A stretch of 64,000 bases of DNA, taken from assembly GCA_050633245.1 (NCBI GenBank), contig JBOEGD010000016.1, positions 46-64,045 on the forward strand, in the 5' to 3' direction. The position numbers and the translations under genes are program-made. Position 1 is the first letter of the stretch, and each line of letters opens with the position of its first letter. The notes beneath the pieces are model-generated. The model was not told where the DNA came from and did no database searches. It saw nothing but the letters and a program-made list of their open reading frames with translations. This document shows positions 1 to 10,574 of the stretch, in pieces. Source of the stretch: Calditrichia bacterium. GTDB lineage: Bacteria > Calditrichota > Calditrichia > RBG-13-44-9 > J075.

Positions 1-521
1 GCTGAGGTATGGAAGCAGTGCAGGGATTTCACGTCGAATCGCGCTTAAGCCACCTTCTGATGTGATGGCGTTGCTCACTGCAGCAGAAACAAGGCCACCA
101 AGCTCCGAGGGCGAGCTGAAAAAACTGACAATATGAGCATTGGCAAGTTGCCCCCGCAGGTTAGACACATTCTTGAAATCCGTCTCGTCACCCAAACGCT
201 CTTGCGGCCAATCTACATCCTTATGCAGCAGAAAAATGAGGCAAGGAATATTCATTTCACGTGCGGCTTCATATTCCATCTGCGTAATGCTTTTTTCATA
301 TCCGTCCGGCACGTAGCCGTAGCGCCGCGCAAAGATGCCGATATACACATCACTACATTTTACGTCATCAACACATTTTGCCAGAGGGCGTGAATCCGTA
401 GCAACATAGTCTTCCATTGCAACGGCATGGTGCCCCAGTCGCCGAACAGCCTGAGCTGCAGCATCCCTTTCAGGAATCAGGTCGCTGTAGGTAGATGAAA
501 TATAAACCTTCTTAACCAAGA
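1..521 (-). CDS. DUF4062 domain-containing protein, N-terminal ~170 aa only (C-terminal part lies beyond position 1)
   Basis: Minus-strand frame is open from ~521 to the window edge (absent from the ORF track because it is truncated). The translation ...KVYISSTYSDLIPERDAAAQAVRRLGHHAVAMEDYV...SITQMEYEAAREMNIPCLIFLL... matches the DUF4062 signature (hFISSTxxDLxxER ... TEMEYxxA). Probable TTG start near 521. Confidence 0.5.
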
Positions 522-705
522 TAAGCTCGCATGTTGATTTGACGCAGAGTTGTGCAATGGAAGCGTCATTTTAACAATCCCGCAGGATTGCCAGTTTTGC
601 AGAATGAATGGATTTCTGGCTAAATATAGCTAGTTGTCGTATGCAATCAAATAAAGGATTTTTGGGGAGGTCTGCTGTGATCTGCTGCAAGGAGGGTGGA
701 TAAGC

Positions 706-1128
706 TTAATCTTCAAAACCTTTTGAGCGCTGCTTTTTAATATCACTACGCTGTCTTTTGGCTTTTAAACGTTTTTCCTTTGCCGCGCGTGAGGGCTTTT
801 TCCTGATGCGAATTGTCGGACGCAAACAGGCCTTTTTTATCAGCTCGATAAGTTTCTCGCGAGCATCTTCACGATTGCGTTCCTGCGTGCGATAGCGCTG
901 GGAGGTAATAATCAATATTCCAGTCGTCGTTGCACGCTTTCCGGCAAGTTTTATGAGCCGCTGCTTTACATCTGATGGCAAGTTTGGTGAGTTAACAACA
1001 TCAAATCTCAACTGCACTGCAGTTGAGACCTTGTTTACATTCTGCCCACCAGGGCCAGAGGCACGAACAAAGGTCTCATCGATTTCATTCTCATCAATAC
1101 TAAATCTGTGGTTTATACGCATTTTCAA
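706..1128 (-). CDS. arfB: alternative ribosome-rescue factor ArfB (peptidyl-tRNA hydrolase, GGQ-motif RF-1 domain protein)
   Basis: 140 aa with ...VRASGPGGQNVNKVSTAVQL... (GGQ motif) followed by a Lys/Arg-rich C-terminal tail, as in ArfB/YaeJ. Confidence 0.85.
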   Translation of the reverse strand: MKMRINHRFSIDENEIDETFVRASGPGGQNVNKVSTAVQLRFDVVNSPNLPSDVKQRLIKLAGKRATTTGILIITSQRYRTQERNREDAREKLIELIKKACLRPTIRIRKKPSRAAKEKRLKAKRQRSDIKKQRSKGFED

Positions 1129-1150
1129 AAGTTCTCAACTTCTTTCCAGG

Positions 1151-1423
1151 CTAATAGAAAATAGAGCTTAGAATGCGCTTCAAAAACCAGAAGCCAATGA
1201 ACAGAACGGCCGGAGAAAAGTCGAACGCGTTGCTATCCCCTCCCGTTAGTGGCTTAATTTTGTCTCGCACCCAAACAAGCATAGGTTCATAAATTCCCGC
1301 TAAAAACTCACGCGTTTTCACAACTTCCTCGCGAAAGGAATTGCGGAAGAACATATTCAATACCCAGTAAATTATCAAGCCGAGCATTAGAACGTTAAAT
1401 GCTAATACAATTATTCCGGCCAT
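1151..1423 (-). CDS. YggT-family small integral membrane protein
   Basis: 90 aa with two hydrophobic helices flanking a charged loop; size and topology fit YggT/Ycf19. Assignment is from pattern only. Confidence 0.4.
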   Translation of the reverse strand: MAGIIVLAFNVLMLGLIIYWVLNMFFRNSFREEVVKTREFLAGIYEPMLVWVRDKIKPLTGGDSNAFDFSPAVLFIGFWFLKRILSSIFY

Positions 1424-1449
1424 TTTTGTTACCTCCTAATACACTCTAT

Positions 1450-1869
1450 TTATTTTGCAAAGATCTGCGCTGTATCCTTAAATGCTTTAAACTCCAGTCC
1501 GTTTCCACTCGGATCGGAAATAAACATTGTAGCCTGTTCACCCACTTCGCCTTTAAAGCGAATATAGGGGTCGATAATAAACCCGCTTCCTGCTTCTTCC
1601 AATTTTGCTGCCAACTGATGCCAGGCATCCCAATCTAAAATAGCTCCAAAATGACGAACCGGAACGTTTTTTCCATCAACCGCATTGGTTTTTGCTTGTG
1701 CTAATTCTTCCGGCTTTAAATGTGCCGTAATTTGATGCCCATAAAAGTTAAAGTCTATCCACGCATCGCTCTCGCGACCAACCTTGCACCCGAGGAGATC
1801 GGCATAGAAAGCACGGGTTTTTGCAAGGTCTAAAACCGGAAAGGCCAGGTGAAATGGCGGAATACTCAT
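1450..1869 (-). CDS. VOC-family (glyoxalase/bleomycin-resistance/dioxygenase fold) protein
   Basis: 139 aa with [22 protein letters not shown]... and a C-terminal half ...[22 protein letters not shown]..., typical of the paired beta-alpha-beta-beta-beta VOC fold. Overlaps the downstream gene by 4 nt, suggesting an operon. Confidence 0.7.
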   Translation of the reverse strand: MSIPPFHLAFPVLDLAKTRAFYADLLGCKVGRESDAWIDFNFYGHQITAHLKPEELAQAKTNAVDGKNVPVRHFGAILDWDAWHQLAAKLEEAGSGFIIDPYIRFKGEVGEQATMFISDPSGNGLEFKAFKDTAQIFAK

Positions 1870-2591
1870 TTAGTGTCTCCACTCTTATCAGAGGTTGAAT
1901 GTTCAATTATTTCGTGCGGGATTTTAGAAACGTCCCAATCAAGTACCATTCCTCTGGCGGTAAGACGCGCATTTTCTGTAGAATACAGGTGTTCCAATAA
2001 CCATAATGCGGGTTCATAGCTTAGCGCACCACCAACACTGGTGATGTACTTTCCATCAACAACGAAGTTAACCTTACGTACATCAATTTTCGGAAACAGC
2101 TCTTTTAAACGCTCGCGATCTCCCGGAAAGGTTGTTGCAACTCTGCCATTCAATAACGTTGTAGCTGCCAGCGGAAAAGCTCCATCACATAACGTCATCA
2201 CAAACTCGGCACTTTCGGCAGTCTTTTTTATCCAGGTCATATAAGATTCATTTTTCAGATCGGTGTCCATACTGTTTTCCGTACTGGGGATAATCAGAAT
2301 ATCTGCTGCCGGGGCATCTTGAAATGAATAATGGGGAACGATAGTAATTCCTTCAGATGTAACAAAGGGCTTTCCATCGGGCGTAACAACATAACAGGCA
2401 ATGTAGTTCAGAGAATCGCGATAAACAGAGTGCTGAAGAATGTCGTATGGAGCCATTAACTCGGAGTTGTATACATCTGGCAGACATACAAATGCCGCCT
2501 GTCTAATTTTCTTCTCAGAACTTTGCTGTGCTGAAAGCGAGCTACTCAGTGCAAAGACTGCAAGAATGCAAACGCGATATAGTAGAGCCAC
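1866..2591 (-). CDS. DJ-1/PfpI-family protein (class I glutamine amidotransferase-like) with N-terminal signal peptide
   Basis: 241 aa. Signal peptide [23 protein letters not shown]; nucleophile elbow ...[13 protein letters not shown]...; overall DJ-1/ThiJ/PfpI pattern. Confidence 0.7.
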   Translation of the reverse strand: MALLYRVCILAVFALSSSLSAQQSSEKKIRQAAFVCLPDVYNSELMAPYDILQHSVYRDSLNYIACYVVTPDGKPFVTSEGITIVPHYSFQDAPAADILIIPSTENSMDTDLKNESYMTWIKKTAESAEFVMTLCDGAFPLAATTLLNGRVATTFPGDRERLKELFPKIDVRKVNFVVDGKYITSVGGALSYEPALWLLEHLYSTENARLTARGMVLDWDVSKIPHEIIEHSTSDKSGDTK

Positions 2592-2683
2592 TTCAAACCC
2601 ACCTTTAATTATTGCACTGGAATATACAATATTTTCGCAAGTATGGAAGGGCTCTTTGAAAATGTTGACCTGTTTAAAAAGCG

Positions 2684-4384
2684 CTATAACTGGATTAGGT
2701 CACTTGCTTCCAAACCGAGCTCATATTCCTCTTCAGGATCTTCTACCTGCCCCGAGGAAGTGATCAGGTCGACACGGGATTGTTTTTTATCATCAGAAGA
2801 AACAAGATAGATCGCCAAATCCTTTTCGGCAAATTCACCCTCCTCAAGCAGCTCCAGCAAGCGAGTTAAAAAGGCTTCACTATGCGTTTCCACAAAGAGT
2901 TGAGATCCGGAGTCTTCTCGCAGCTTTCCGATAAAGAGATCTGCTAAAACAGCCTGTGCTCCCGGATGCAAATTGTTCTCCGGGTGCTCAAAAAAAAGTT
3001 TTTCACCTTCTGAAGAAGCAACCAAAAGAAGGATTTCTATCAACTGACGTGTCCCGGAGTTGCGATCGAATTCATATACAGGCTCTCCATTCGAAATGCG
3101 CTCCAGCCTCCAATCGAATTGGGAATGATCAGACTCGATAAAATGAAGATCGGTATGAAAACGTCGAAGCCAGCGATTCAGCGCATCGATTCGGTCATTT
3201 GAGAACCGCTCTGCCGCTTTGGTAAAGGCCTCAATATCCGATTTCTGCTGCTCAAGCGGCCAATATGTTACGCGCCTCTCAAGATGAACCTTGCCGACAA
3301 GTTCATGAATTAAACGACGACGAATTTCTCTGGAGCGATGCAGCGCAAGATCGCAGAATCGCAACACGGCCCAGCGAACATTCAGACGGATAAAACTTGC
3401 CTTATCAGGATGATATGCCAATACCTGACGTGCACGTTCAATCGTTTTCAGTCGACTCAATAGCGCGCCAAAGTATTGATCAATTCGCGCATCCTCAAAG
3501 ACATGCTTTCGCTCGGCAAACTGACCGATCATATCCAATTCACGTGCATCAGAAGGCATTCGAGCAGAGTAGTTCAATTCTTTTAGCAGTTCAACAGACT
3601 CATCATCCTCAGGGCGTGCAATCTCTTGAAATTGTTGTCTTCCCTCGCACAACTCACGGTTAATGCGGTAAGCTTCCAGAAGCACATAGCCCCGCAAGTC
3701 ATTAACCAGATACAGCTGAGACGGATCTTCTTCATCCAATGCCTGATGATGCCACGAGAATGCGGCACTTTCCAGGGTTTTGGCGGAAATTGCTGCTGGC
3801 GTTGCATACAGATGAATTGGAAAATCTACTATGTCTTCCACAAATGGAAAGCCCACCAGTTTACCGCGGTCACGACGGCAGGATTCGGTCACAAAAAAAC
3901 GATATGACCGCATCGCTTCCTGAATGATAACCTCATCCTCTAAAAAACCAGTCCACGCAAACCCCTTGCGGGTTAAACCGAATTCAATCGGCTGATGCTG
4001 CAGGTTGACTACATTCTGATGATCACCATTGCTCTTGGCTTCACCCTGTAACGCCAGAATCTCGCTGACGATGCTGCTTTTTTTCACCACTAATTCACCC
4101 TGTTCCACAGCAGCAACAAATCCACTGCGCAACTCGTTATCCAGCTTGGAGTCCGCTCGTTCACAGGCGATTTCTATTCGTATTTCTTCTTCGGCAGGCA
4201 ACAGACCCTGCAGTCGAGCGGTCGACTCTTCAGCCGTTCCGGGACTAAATATTCCAGAGATAAGATGCATCAGGCTGGATTTACCGCTTCCATTTGGGCC
4301 TACAAAAATGGTCAGCTGTTTTGGTGAGAGTTCTGTCCACTCTTTAAAGGCTCGATAGTTGTGAGTACGTAGAAAAGATAACAT
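2684..4384 (-). CDS. ABC/SMC-like AAA family ATPase (AAA_21-type with DUF3696-like C-terminal region)
   Basis: 566 aa. Walker A is VGPNGSGKSS at the N-terminus. A ~350 aa helical insertion follows, then a signature-like NSGTRQ, Walker B LFFEHPENNLHP and an H-loop VETHSEAF. No nuclease partner is adjacent. Confidence 0.7.
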   Translation of the reverse strand: MLSFLRTHNYRAFKEWTELSPKQLTIFVGPNGSGKSSLMHLISGIFSPGTAEESTARLQGLLPAEEEIRIEIACERADSKLDNELRSGFVAAVEQGELVVKKSSIVSEILALQGEAKSNGDHQNVVNLQHQPIEFGLTRKGFAWTGFLEDEVIIQEAMRSYRFFVTESCRRDRGKLVGFPFVEDIVDFPIHLYATPAAISAKTLESAAFSWHHQALDEEDPSQLYLVNDLRGYVLLEAYRINRELCEGRQQFQEIARPEDDESVELLKELNYSARMPSDARELDMIGQFAERKHVFEDARIDQYFGALLSRLKTIERARQVLAYHPDKASFIRLNVRWAVLRFCDLALHRSREIRRRLIHELVGKVHLERRVTYWPLEQQKSDIEAFTKAAERFSNDRIDALNRWLRRFHTDLHFIESDHSQFDWRLERISNGEPVYEFDRNSGTRQLIEILLLVASSEGEKLFFEHPENNLHPGAQAVLADLFIGKLREDSGSQLFVETHSEAFLTRLLELLEEGEFAEKDLAIYLVSSDDKKQSRVDLITSSGQVEDPEEEYELGLEASDLIQL

Positions 4385-4471
4385 GTGCTTCTGCCTGTCC
4401 GATTATTGGGTTTAACGCGTTTTAGTTTTAGCGACCGTTAGCGTCATGATCGGAAGGCAATTAGCTGAAGA

Positions 4472-4523
4472 TTAAAAAAAAGAATAAAGAAACCCCTTTG
4501 AACATTTTCATGCGCAAAGGGGT
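4472..4523 (-). terminator. rho-independent terminator downstream of the ABC permease gene
   Basis: Plus-strand inverted repeat CCCCTTTG(4493-4500)/CAAAGGGG(4515-4522) with a 14-nt loop. On the minus strand the hairpin is followed by a U-rich tract (plus strand A-run 4474-4492). Confidence 0.55.
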
Positions 4524-4572
4524 TGTGCTTATCCTGCGATCTTTACAAATCAGGGTAAAATGCAGACGGGAT

Positions 4573-5823
4573 TTATTCGAAACGAAGTGCTTCGATCGGA
4601 TCCTTATTTGAAGCGACAATGGCAGGCCAAAGACCAAAGCCCATTCCGATAATGGTACAGAAGATTAGGCCACCGATTGTCCATTCCAGCGGAACGGAAG
4701 CCGGAAAACCCGTGAAGATTGAAATCACGTTGCCTAGCGCAAATCCCAGCAGCACACCGATAATCCCACCGATATTGCAAAGAATAATCGCCTCTAGCAG
4801 GAATTGATTAAGGATACTCTTTCTTCTGGCACCCAGCGATTTGCGAACACCTATTTCACGGGTGCGTTCAGTAACTGAGACCAACATAATATTCATGATG
4901 CCGATTCCAGCGACAACGAGTGCGATAAAACCTATAAACAATGCACCAGCTTTTACAATAAGTGTTGTTTCATTAAATGCCTTAATCTGACTGGCATTGC
5001 TAAACACCGTAAAGTCATCTTCGTCATTAGGTTTTAGTCCACGCTCGGCACGCATAATTCCGCGTACTTCTTCGATGGCATCTTGAACGCGTTCCGGATT
5101 ATTGGCACGAACGGTAATGTTTACTGACCGGTCTCCACCCCAGCGTGTCTTAGCGCCGTAAATGCGACGAAATTTGGTTATGGGCACAAGGCAATAATTG
5201 TCGTAGTTACCACCCAGGGCAGATTTTTTCTCTTCCATCACACCAACAACATAATACTTATGACCATCCAGCTTGATTTTCTTGCCAAGCGGGTCGATGT
5301 ATGGAAAAAGTTGATTTGCAACAGCGTATCCCAACACAACTACGTTTCTTCCAAGGCGCAGATCTTCCTGTGTCAAATTTCTACCGCGGTTTATAAAGTG
5401 CGTATTATTCGGGCCATATTCCGGCGTTCCACCGCAGATTGTCAGGTTCTCATTCGTTTCACTTTCACGAAAGCGCGCTTTAAATCCAAAGGCCCAGAGC
5501 TCAGATCCCACGAGGTCTACTAATGTAGATTTTTCGCGAATGGCCTTGGCGTGTTTTTCGTTAATCGGTCGACGACGTGCAATTTTACGACGTTCTTCCT
5601 CCGAGCTCACACCTCCGGCCGCCCATTTTTGCACCTGAAAAGTTGTACTTCCCAATACGCTCATTTCCTTTTCGAATGTCTGCTGCAAAACAGACAGAGC
5701 TGTCATTACAGCAATTATCGAAGCAACTCCGGCAATAATTCCAACGAGCGTAAGAACTGAGCGCAGCTTATTTGCTCTCAGTGCATTTAAAGCCATGCGA
5801 AGCGTTTCACTAAATTTCATCAT
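4573..5823 (-). CDS. ABC transporter permease (FtsX/MacB-type, 4 TM with periplasmic MacB_PCD-like domain)
   Basis: 416 aa with an N-terminal TM helix, a large periplasmic domain and a C-terminal FtsX-type 3-TM bundle (...SVTERTREIGVRKSLGA...). Confidence 0.8.
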   Translation of the reverse strand: MMKFSETLRMALNALRANKLRSVLTLVGIIAGVASIIAVMTALSVLQQTFEKEMSVLGSTTFQVQKWAAGGVSSEEERRKIARRRPINEKHAKAIREKSTLVDLVGSELWAFGFKARFRESETNENLTICGGTPEYGPNNTHFINRGRNLTQEDLRLGRNVVVLGYAVANQLFPYIDPLGKKIKLDGHKYYVVGVMEEKKSALGGNYDNYCLVPITKFRRIYGAKTRWGGDRSVNITVRANNPERVQDAIEEVRGIMRAERGLKPNDEDDFTVFSNASQIKAFNETTLIVKAGALFIGFIALVVAGIGIMNIMLVSVTERTREIGVRKSLGARRKSILNQFLLEAIILCNIGGIIGVLLGFALGNVISIFTGFPASVPLEWTIGGLIFCTIIGMGFGLWPAIVASNKDPIEALRFE

Positions 5824-5846
5824 ATCACTTTTCCGGTTTGGGATAA

Positions 5847-7088
5847 TTATTCATATCTCAATGCTTCAATAGGATGGAGTTTTGCGGCGCGAAAGGCCGG
5901 CACAATACCAGCCAACATGCCAACAAGAATCGAAGTTACAATTGCCACAATCACGATGTTTGGTGAAATGCTCGCTGGCATAACAAATTCATTCAGAACC
6001 ATTGTTAAGCCGGATGCAATTAGCAGACCGATGGTTCCTCCCAGCAAACAAATCACTGATGCTTCCAACATAAACTGAGTCATAATTGCGCGTCTTCTTG
6101 CGCCGATCGCTTTACGGAGGCCAATTTCACGGGTGCGTTCCGTTACTGATACAAACATAATGTTCATCACACCCATTCCGCCCACAAACAGTGAAATGCT
6201 GGTGATAACTAAGCCAACCAACAGAACAACTCCCATAAGCTGGTTGTAAGCATCAATAAGCGTCGTCATTTTATTTACAGAGAAATCATCGCTTTCTGCC
6301 GGTTTCAGCTTGCGGATCTTTCGCATTTCGCCAACCAGTTGATACTCAAATTCATCCATCAACTCGGGCACGGGAGCCTTCACTGCGAAAGTAAAGCTGC
6401 GATTTGCCGAGCCAAAAGATTTCAAAAATGCAGAGAGTGGAACATAAATTTGACGATCAAAGTTTGGTCCGCCGAAAAAGGAGGCACTGCCAAGTTCTTC
6501 CATGACACCAATTACCTGAAAACGCTGTCCATTAATGCGGACATATTTATTAATCGGATCGATATCGCCAAAGAGTTTATCGCGGACGCTCTTGCCAATG
6601 ACACAAACTTCGCGTTTAAACTGAGAATCGAAGGCGGTAATAAATCGACCATATTCCGGTGCACCAACAGAAACAAGCATCTGGTTTTCGGTTGTGCCTG
6701 AGACGGGAATCGACTCCATGGTGTTTGAGCGATACTTGACCGTCATTCGGTCGGACGTGGTGGGGTTCACGGCAGCATAACCGGCTAAGACAGTCTTTAG
6801 TCCGTTGGCTTCGCGAGACTCCAAGCGAGGGCGCTTTTGAATCTCGCGCCAGTCGTCTCCCATATGAACCCACGGCGTGCGGGTGACGTAGAAGACATCC
6901 GAGCCCATACTGGAGATACTATCCTCAAAATTGCGGCCAATGCCGTTTGTAATCGTCATGGTGGTTATGACAGAAGCGATGCCAATAAGAATGCCCAGCG
7001 TTGTGAGCGTTCCGCGCAGCTTGTTAGCACGCAGAGCATCGAATGCAATATGTAGCGCCTCAAGAAACTCGTAGAAAAACTTACGCAT
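5847..7088 (-). CDS. ABC transporter permease (FtsX/MacB-type), paralog of the downstream permease
   Basis: 413 aa with the same architecture and the conserved ...VSVTERTREIGLRKAIGA... motif. Confidence 0.8.
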   Translation of the reverse strand: MRKFFYEFLEALHIAFDALRANKLRGTLTTLGILIGIASVITTMTITNGIGRNFEDSISSMGSDVFYVTRTPWVHMGDDWREIQKRPRLESREANGLKTVLAGYAAVNPTTSDRMTVKYRSNTMESIPVSGTTENQMLVSVGAPEYGRFITAFDSQFKREVCVIGKSVRDKLFGDIDPINKYVRINGQRFQVIGVMEELGSASFFGGPNFDRQIYVPLSAFLKSFGSANRSFTFAVKAPVPELMDEFEYQLVGEMRKIRKLKPAESDDFSVNKMTTLIDAYNQLMGVVLLVGLVITSISLFVGGMGVMNIMFVSVTERTREIGLRKAIGARRRAIMTQFMLEASVICLLGGTIGLLIASGLTMVLNEFVMPASISPNIVIVAIVTSILVGMLAGIVPAFRAAKLHPIEALRYE

Positions 7089-7111
7089 AGTTTGCCTTAT
7101 GGTGTGGCGGT

Positions 7112-7801
7112 TTAGTTTAACCGTTTGTCGCTTTCGACCTGGCCATCTTTTAATCGAATAATGCGGCGTGAATATTTTGCAATATCTTCTTCATGAGTGA
7201 CCAGAATAATGGTATTTCCAGCTTTATTCAACTCATCGAAAATTTCCATAATCTCGCTACTGGTTTCGCTATCCAGGTTACCAGTAGGTTCATCAGCGAG
7301 AATAATTGAAGGGTTATTTACCAATGCACGAGCAATGGCCACGCGCTGTCTCTGTCCACCGGAAAGCTCATTGGGCTTGTGCTTCATGCGATCGGCAAGA
7401 CCAACGCGTGCAATTGCAGTTTCTGCACGTTTACGGCGCTCGACAGGGCTCATTCCGGCATAAACAAGTGGCAGTTCAACATTATGAAATACGTCTGAAC
7501 GCGGCAGCAGGTTGAATGTCTGGAAGACAAAACCAATCTTTTGATTGCGGATATCGGCCAGCTTGTCATCAGAGTAATTACTGACGTCATGCCCTTCAAG
7601 CAGGTAGTTACCTTTAGTTGGCACGTCCAAACAGCCCAATAAATTCATCATGGTAGACTTTCCGGAACCGGAAGCGCCCATTATTGCAACGTATTCTTCA
7701 TTCTGGATTTCCAGGGAGACTCCGCGCAATGCGCGAATTGTCTCACCTTCCAAATGATATATTTTGTGTATGTCTTTAACCTGTAGTCCCATAAGAAGCA
7801 T
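7112..7801 (-). CDS. ABC transporter ATP-binding protein (LolD/MacB ATPase family)
   Basis: 229 aa with Walker [10 protein letters not shown], signature [15 protein letters not shown], Walker [12 protein letters not shown] and an H-loop LVTHE. Confidence 0.9.
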   Translation of the reverse strand: MLLMGLQVKDIHKIYHLEGETIRALRGVSLEIQNEEYVAIMGASGSGKSTMMNLLGCLDVPTKGNYLLEGHDVSNYSDDKLADIRNQKIGFVFQTFNLLPRSDVFHNVELPLVYAGMSPVERRKRAETAIARVGLADRMKHKPNELSGGQRQRVAIARALVNNPSIILADEPTGNLDSETSSEIMEIFDELNKAGNTIILVTHEEDIAKYSRRIIRLKDGQVESDKRLN

Positions 7802-7810
7802 TTTCCTTTT

Positions 7811-9037
7811 TTAGTCGCCTTTTACTGCTACCAGAGTTCCATCCTTTAAATCCCGGCTGATTGCCCGATAGTTTCCGGTTACAATCACATCCTGCTTGCT
7901 AAGTCCGGTGACTATTTCGATATGTGAATCGCTTTGAATACCGGTCTTCACCTGACGGGCAACAACGCGATCTTCATCCAGCAGGAACACAACCTCTACA
8001 AATCCGTCTTTGTCTGTTTCATAAGCGCTGCTGTCTACTTCGCCTTCAACAAGTTGTTCCGGTGTTCTTACCGCAACGCTTTGAATTGGAACACCGATTG
8101 CCTCTGATCGTGTATCGGTAATAATCTCGCTGGTGGTCGTCATACCCGGACGCAGCTTATCGTGCGATTTGCTGATTGCGATTTTAACCTCGAACTCAGT
8201 CTTCTGTTCATTTCCGCCGTTCTCGGCAATACTGGCGCTATTGGCAATTTCCGTCACCACGCCAAGGAGCTGCACATCCGGCAGTGCATCGACTTCAATT
8301 TGAGCGGAGTCGCCGATTGAAACGTTTACAATGTCATTCTCATCGACCTTTACCAATGCTTCCATACCGGCCATGTTGGAAACTGTGAGAATCACGTCTT
8401 CCTGAAACTGCGAGCCCAGAGCCATTTCGCCTTCTTCCTTATTCAGCTTGCTAATGGTTCCTGCCATTGGAGAGTAGATAGATGTTTTGGACAGGTCGTC
8501 TCTTGCCTGCTTTAAAGCTGCACGGGCGCGTTCAACCTGATCGCGAGAAGATTCATGACGGGCTTTTTCCACTTTCGCACTGGCATAAAACTGATCGAGC
8601 ATTGCTTGAGATTCGAGATTCTGATCGAACAATTCCTTGCTGCGCTGATAATCTTTTTCAGCCTTCAGCATGTTTTCGCGTGCCAAACGAGAGTCAGACT
8701 CCGCAGAGCGGACGTTGGCGGCAGCTTGTTCCTGTAAAGCCTTGTAGCGTTCACTATCCAGCTGCAACAGAAACTGGCCCTTCTCTACCCAATCGCCTTC
8801 TTTAAGGTCCATTTTTACGATCTTGGCACTCACGTCGGCGCTCATCTTCACCTGGGTTTTTGGCTGTATTCGGCCATTGGCACTTACCGTTTGCACGATT
8901 CTCAGCGGCTCGAGTTCAGCCGTTTCCACATCTACTGCTTCCTCCCCCTCAGAATTCATGCTAAATGCCATTGCAGCTGCAAAAATTGCAATCAACAGGC
9001 CAAGTGACAAAAGTAGTTTCTTTCTGGACATATTCAT
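7811..9037 (-). CDS. efflux transporter periplasmic adaptor subunit (HlyD/MacA family)
   Basis: 408 aa with a signal/TM anchor, a long coiled-coil (...YKALQEQAAANVRSAESDSRLARENMLKAEKDYQRSKEL...) and beta-barrel/lipoyl-like segments. First gene of a four-gene efflux operon. Confidence 0.8.
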   Translation of the reverse strand: MNMSRKKLLLSLGLLIAIFAAAMAFSMNSEGEEAVDVETAELEPLRIVQTVSANGRIQPKTQVKMSADVSAKIVKMDLKEGDWVEKGQFLLQLDSERYKALQEQAAANVRSAESDSRLARENMLKAEKDYQRSKELFDQNLESQAMLDQFYASAKVEKARHESSRDQVERARAALKQARDDLSKTSIYSPMAGTISKLNKEEGEMALGSQFQEDVILTVSNMAGMEALVKVDENDIVNVSIGDSAQIEVDALPDVQLLGVVTEIANSASIAENGGNEQKTEFEVKIAISKSHDKLRPGMTTTSEIITDTRSEAIGVPIQSVAVRTPEQLVEGEVDSSAYETDKDGFVEVVFLLDEDRVVARQVKTGIQSDSHIEIVTGLSKQDVIVTGNYRAISRDLKDGTLVAVKGD

Positions 9038-9260
9038 ACCCCACTATGTGAATTTAGTACGTCTTTTAAATAATTGACATTTTATAGCAGGCCGCTGATG
9101 AAGCAACCGTTTCCGGTGTCCCCTATTAACAACCGGTGTGCATGTTGCTTGATAACGGGTGGGCAAGACAAAAAGTTACAAAAAATTGTGAGGTTTATTT
9201 CTAAGAGGTAGGAAAACAAGGCGTTGCGGCTATAAAATTTAGACGCAACGCCTGTTGAAA

Positions 9261-10445
9261 CTACGGAAGTTCTACAATGGGGTCGACATCAGCCGAATAA
9301 TCGACGTTGGGCAATCCGAATCCAAACAGCTTCAAAAATTCTGCTTGATAGCCCTTCAAATCTGTCAGAGTATGCAGGTTTTCGGTGGTAATTTGCGGCC
9401 AGAGTTTGTTAACTTCTGATTGAATCTCGGCACCCATTTCAAGGTCGTCCAGTCGCAATCGACCTGCCTCATCCAGTGGTGGATTGGAATCAGAATAGAG
9501 ACGCTCGCTGAACAAGCGCCATGCTTGCTCAATACAACCCTCGTGCCCGCCCTTTTCCTTCATAATTTTATACAGAAGCGAGATATAAAGCGGCACGACC
9601 GGAATTGCTGAAGATGCCTGAGTTACCAATCCCTTCATCACCGCGACATAGGCCTTAGCGTTCTTATCGGACAAGCGATTTGTCAGATCGGCGGCGGCAC
9701 GATCGAGATCCTCTTTTGCCTTGCCAATAGTGCCTTCCCAGTAAATTGGCCAGGTCAGCTTCGTACCAATATAGGTATAGGCAACCGATTGACATCCCTC
9801 CGCAAGTACACCAACCTCATTGAGCGCATCCATCCACATTTCCCAGTCTTCACCGCCCATAACTGCCACGGTGCTGGAAATATCTTCTTCGGTTGCCGGC
9901 TCGAGATGGATATCTTTAACGATTTCCTTATCGGTATCAAGCGTAATACCGTCATATGTCTGACCAATAGGCTTCAGAGTCGACTTTAAAACTTCACCTG
10001 TTTTCGGATGCGTTCGGCGTGGCGAGGCAAGACTGTAAACAACTAGATCAATCGGTCCCATATCACGCTTAATTATCTCGATGGCCTGCTCTTTCATTTC
10101 ATCTGAAAAAGCATCGCCGTTCAGGCTTTCTGCAAATAAACCTTCAGCTTTGGCTAGTTTTTGAAATGCCGCTGCGTTATACCAACCGGCAGTAGCGGTT
10201 TTTCTTTCATTCGGCTCCCGCTCAAAAAAGAGTCCTAATGTTGAGGCTCCTGCCCCAAAGGCGGCGGTTATTCGCGACGCCAGACCATACCCGGCTGAGG
10301 CACCAATTACTAAAACATTTTTAGGGCCATTTTCAATCTTACCCTGCTTTTTTACAAAATCAATTTGTTCCTGCACATGAGCCTCGCAACCGGTTGGATG
10401 CGCGGTAAGACAGATAAATCCACGAATTTTTGGTTCAATAATCAT
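9261..10445 (-). CDS. fabV: trans-2-enoyl-CoA/ACP reductase FabV
   Basis: 394 aa starting [34 protein letters not shown]...[16 protein letters not shown]..., the hallmark N-terminus and length of FabV. Confidence 0.9.
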   Translation of the reverse strand: MIIEPKIRGFICLTAHPTGCEAHVQEQIDFVKKQGKIENGPKNVLVIGASAGYGLASRITAAFGAGASTLGLFFEREPNERKTATAGWYNAAAFQKLAKAEGLFAESLNGDAFSDEMKEQAIEIIKRDMGPIDLVVYSLASPRRTHPKTGEVLKSTLKPIGQTYDGITLDTDKEIVKDIHLEPATEEDISSTVAVMGGEDWEMWMDALNEVGVLAEGCQSVAYTYIGTKLTWPIYWEGTIGKAKEDLDRAAADLTNRLSDKNAKAYVAVMKGLVTQASSAIPVVPLYISLLYKIMKEKGGHEGCIEQAWRLFSERLYSDSNPPLDEAGRLRLDDLEMGAEIQSEVNKLWPQITTENLHTLTDLKGYQAEFLKLFGFGLPNVDYSADVDPIVELP

Positions 10446-10544
10446 AAAGTCCTCAGAATCGATTCATATTAGAATGTTGGAAAGATACAGAGAAAAGACG
10501 CAAGTGGCAAGTGATGAGGAAGGAAGAAGCGAGTAGGCAGTAGT

Positions 10545-10574
10545 GAACTTTGAACTTTGAACCTTGAACTTTTT
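10545..10574. repeat. short tandem heptamer repeat (GAACTTT-like, 4 copies)
   Basis: gaacttTgaactttgaacCttgaacttt lies directly 3' of the HD-domain gene stop and ~100 bp upstream of the fabV start. Confidence 0.6.

Noticed and set aside
133-393. 86 aa plus-strand ORF at the start of the window
   Set aside because: It lies entirely antisense to the much better supported DUF4062 reading frame on the minus strand and has no motif or signal of its own.
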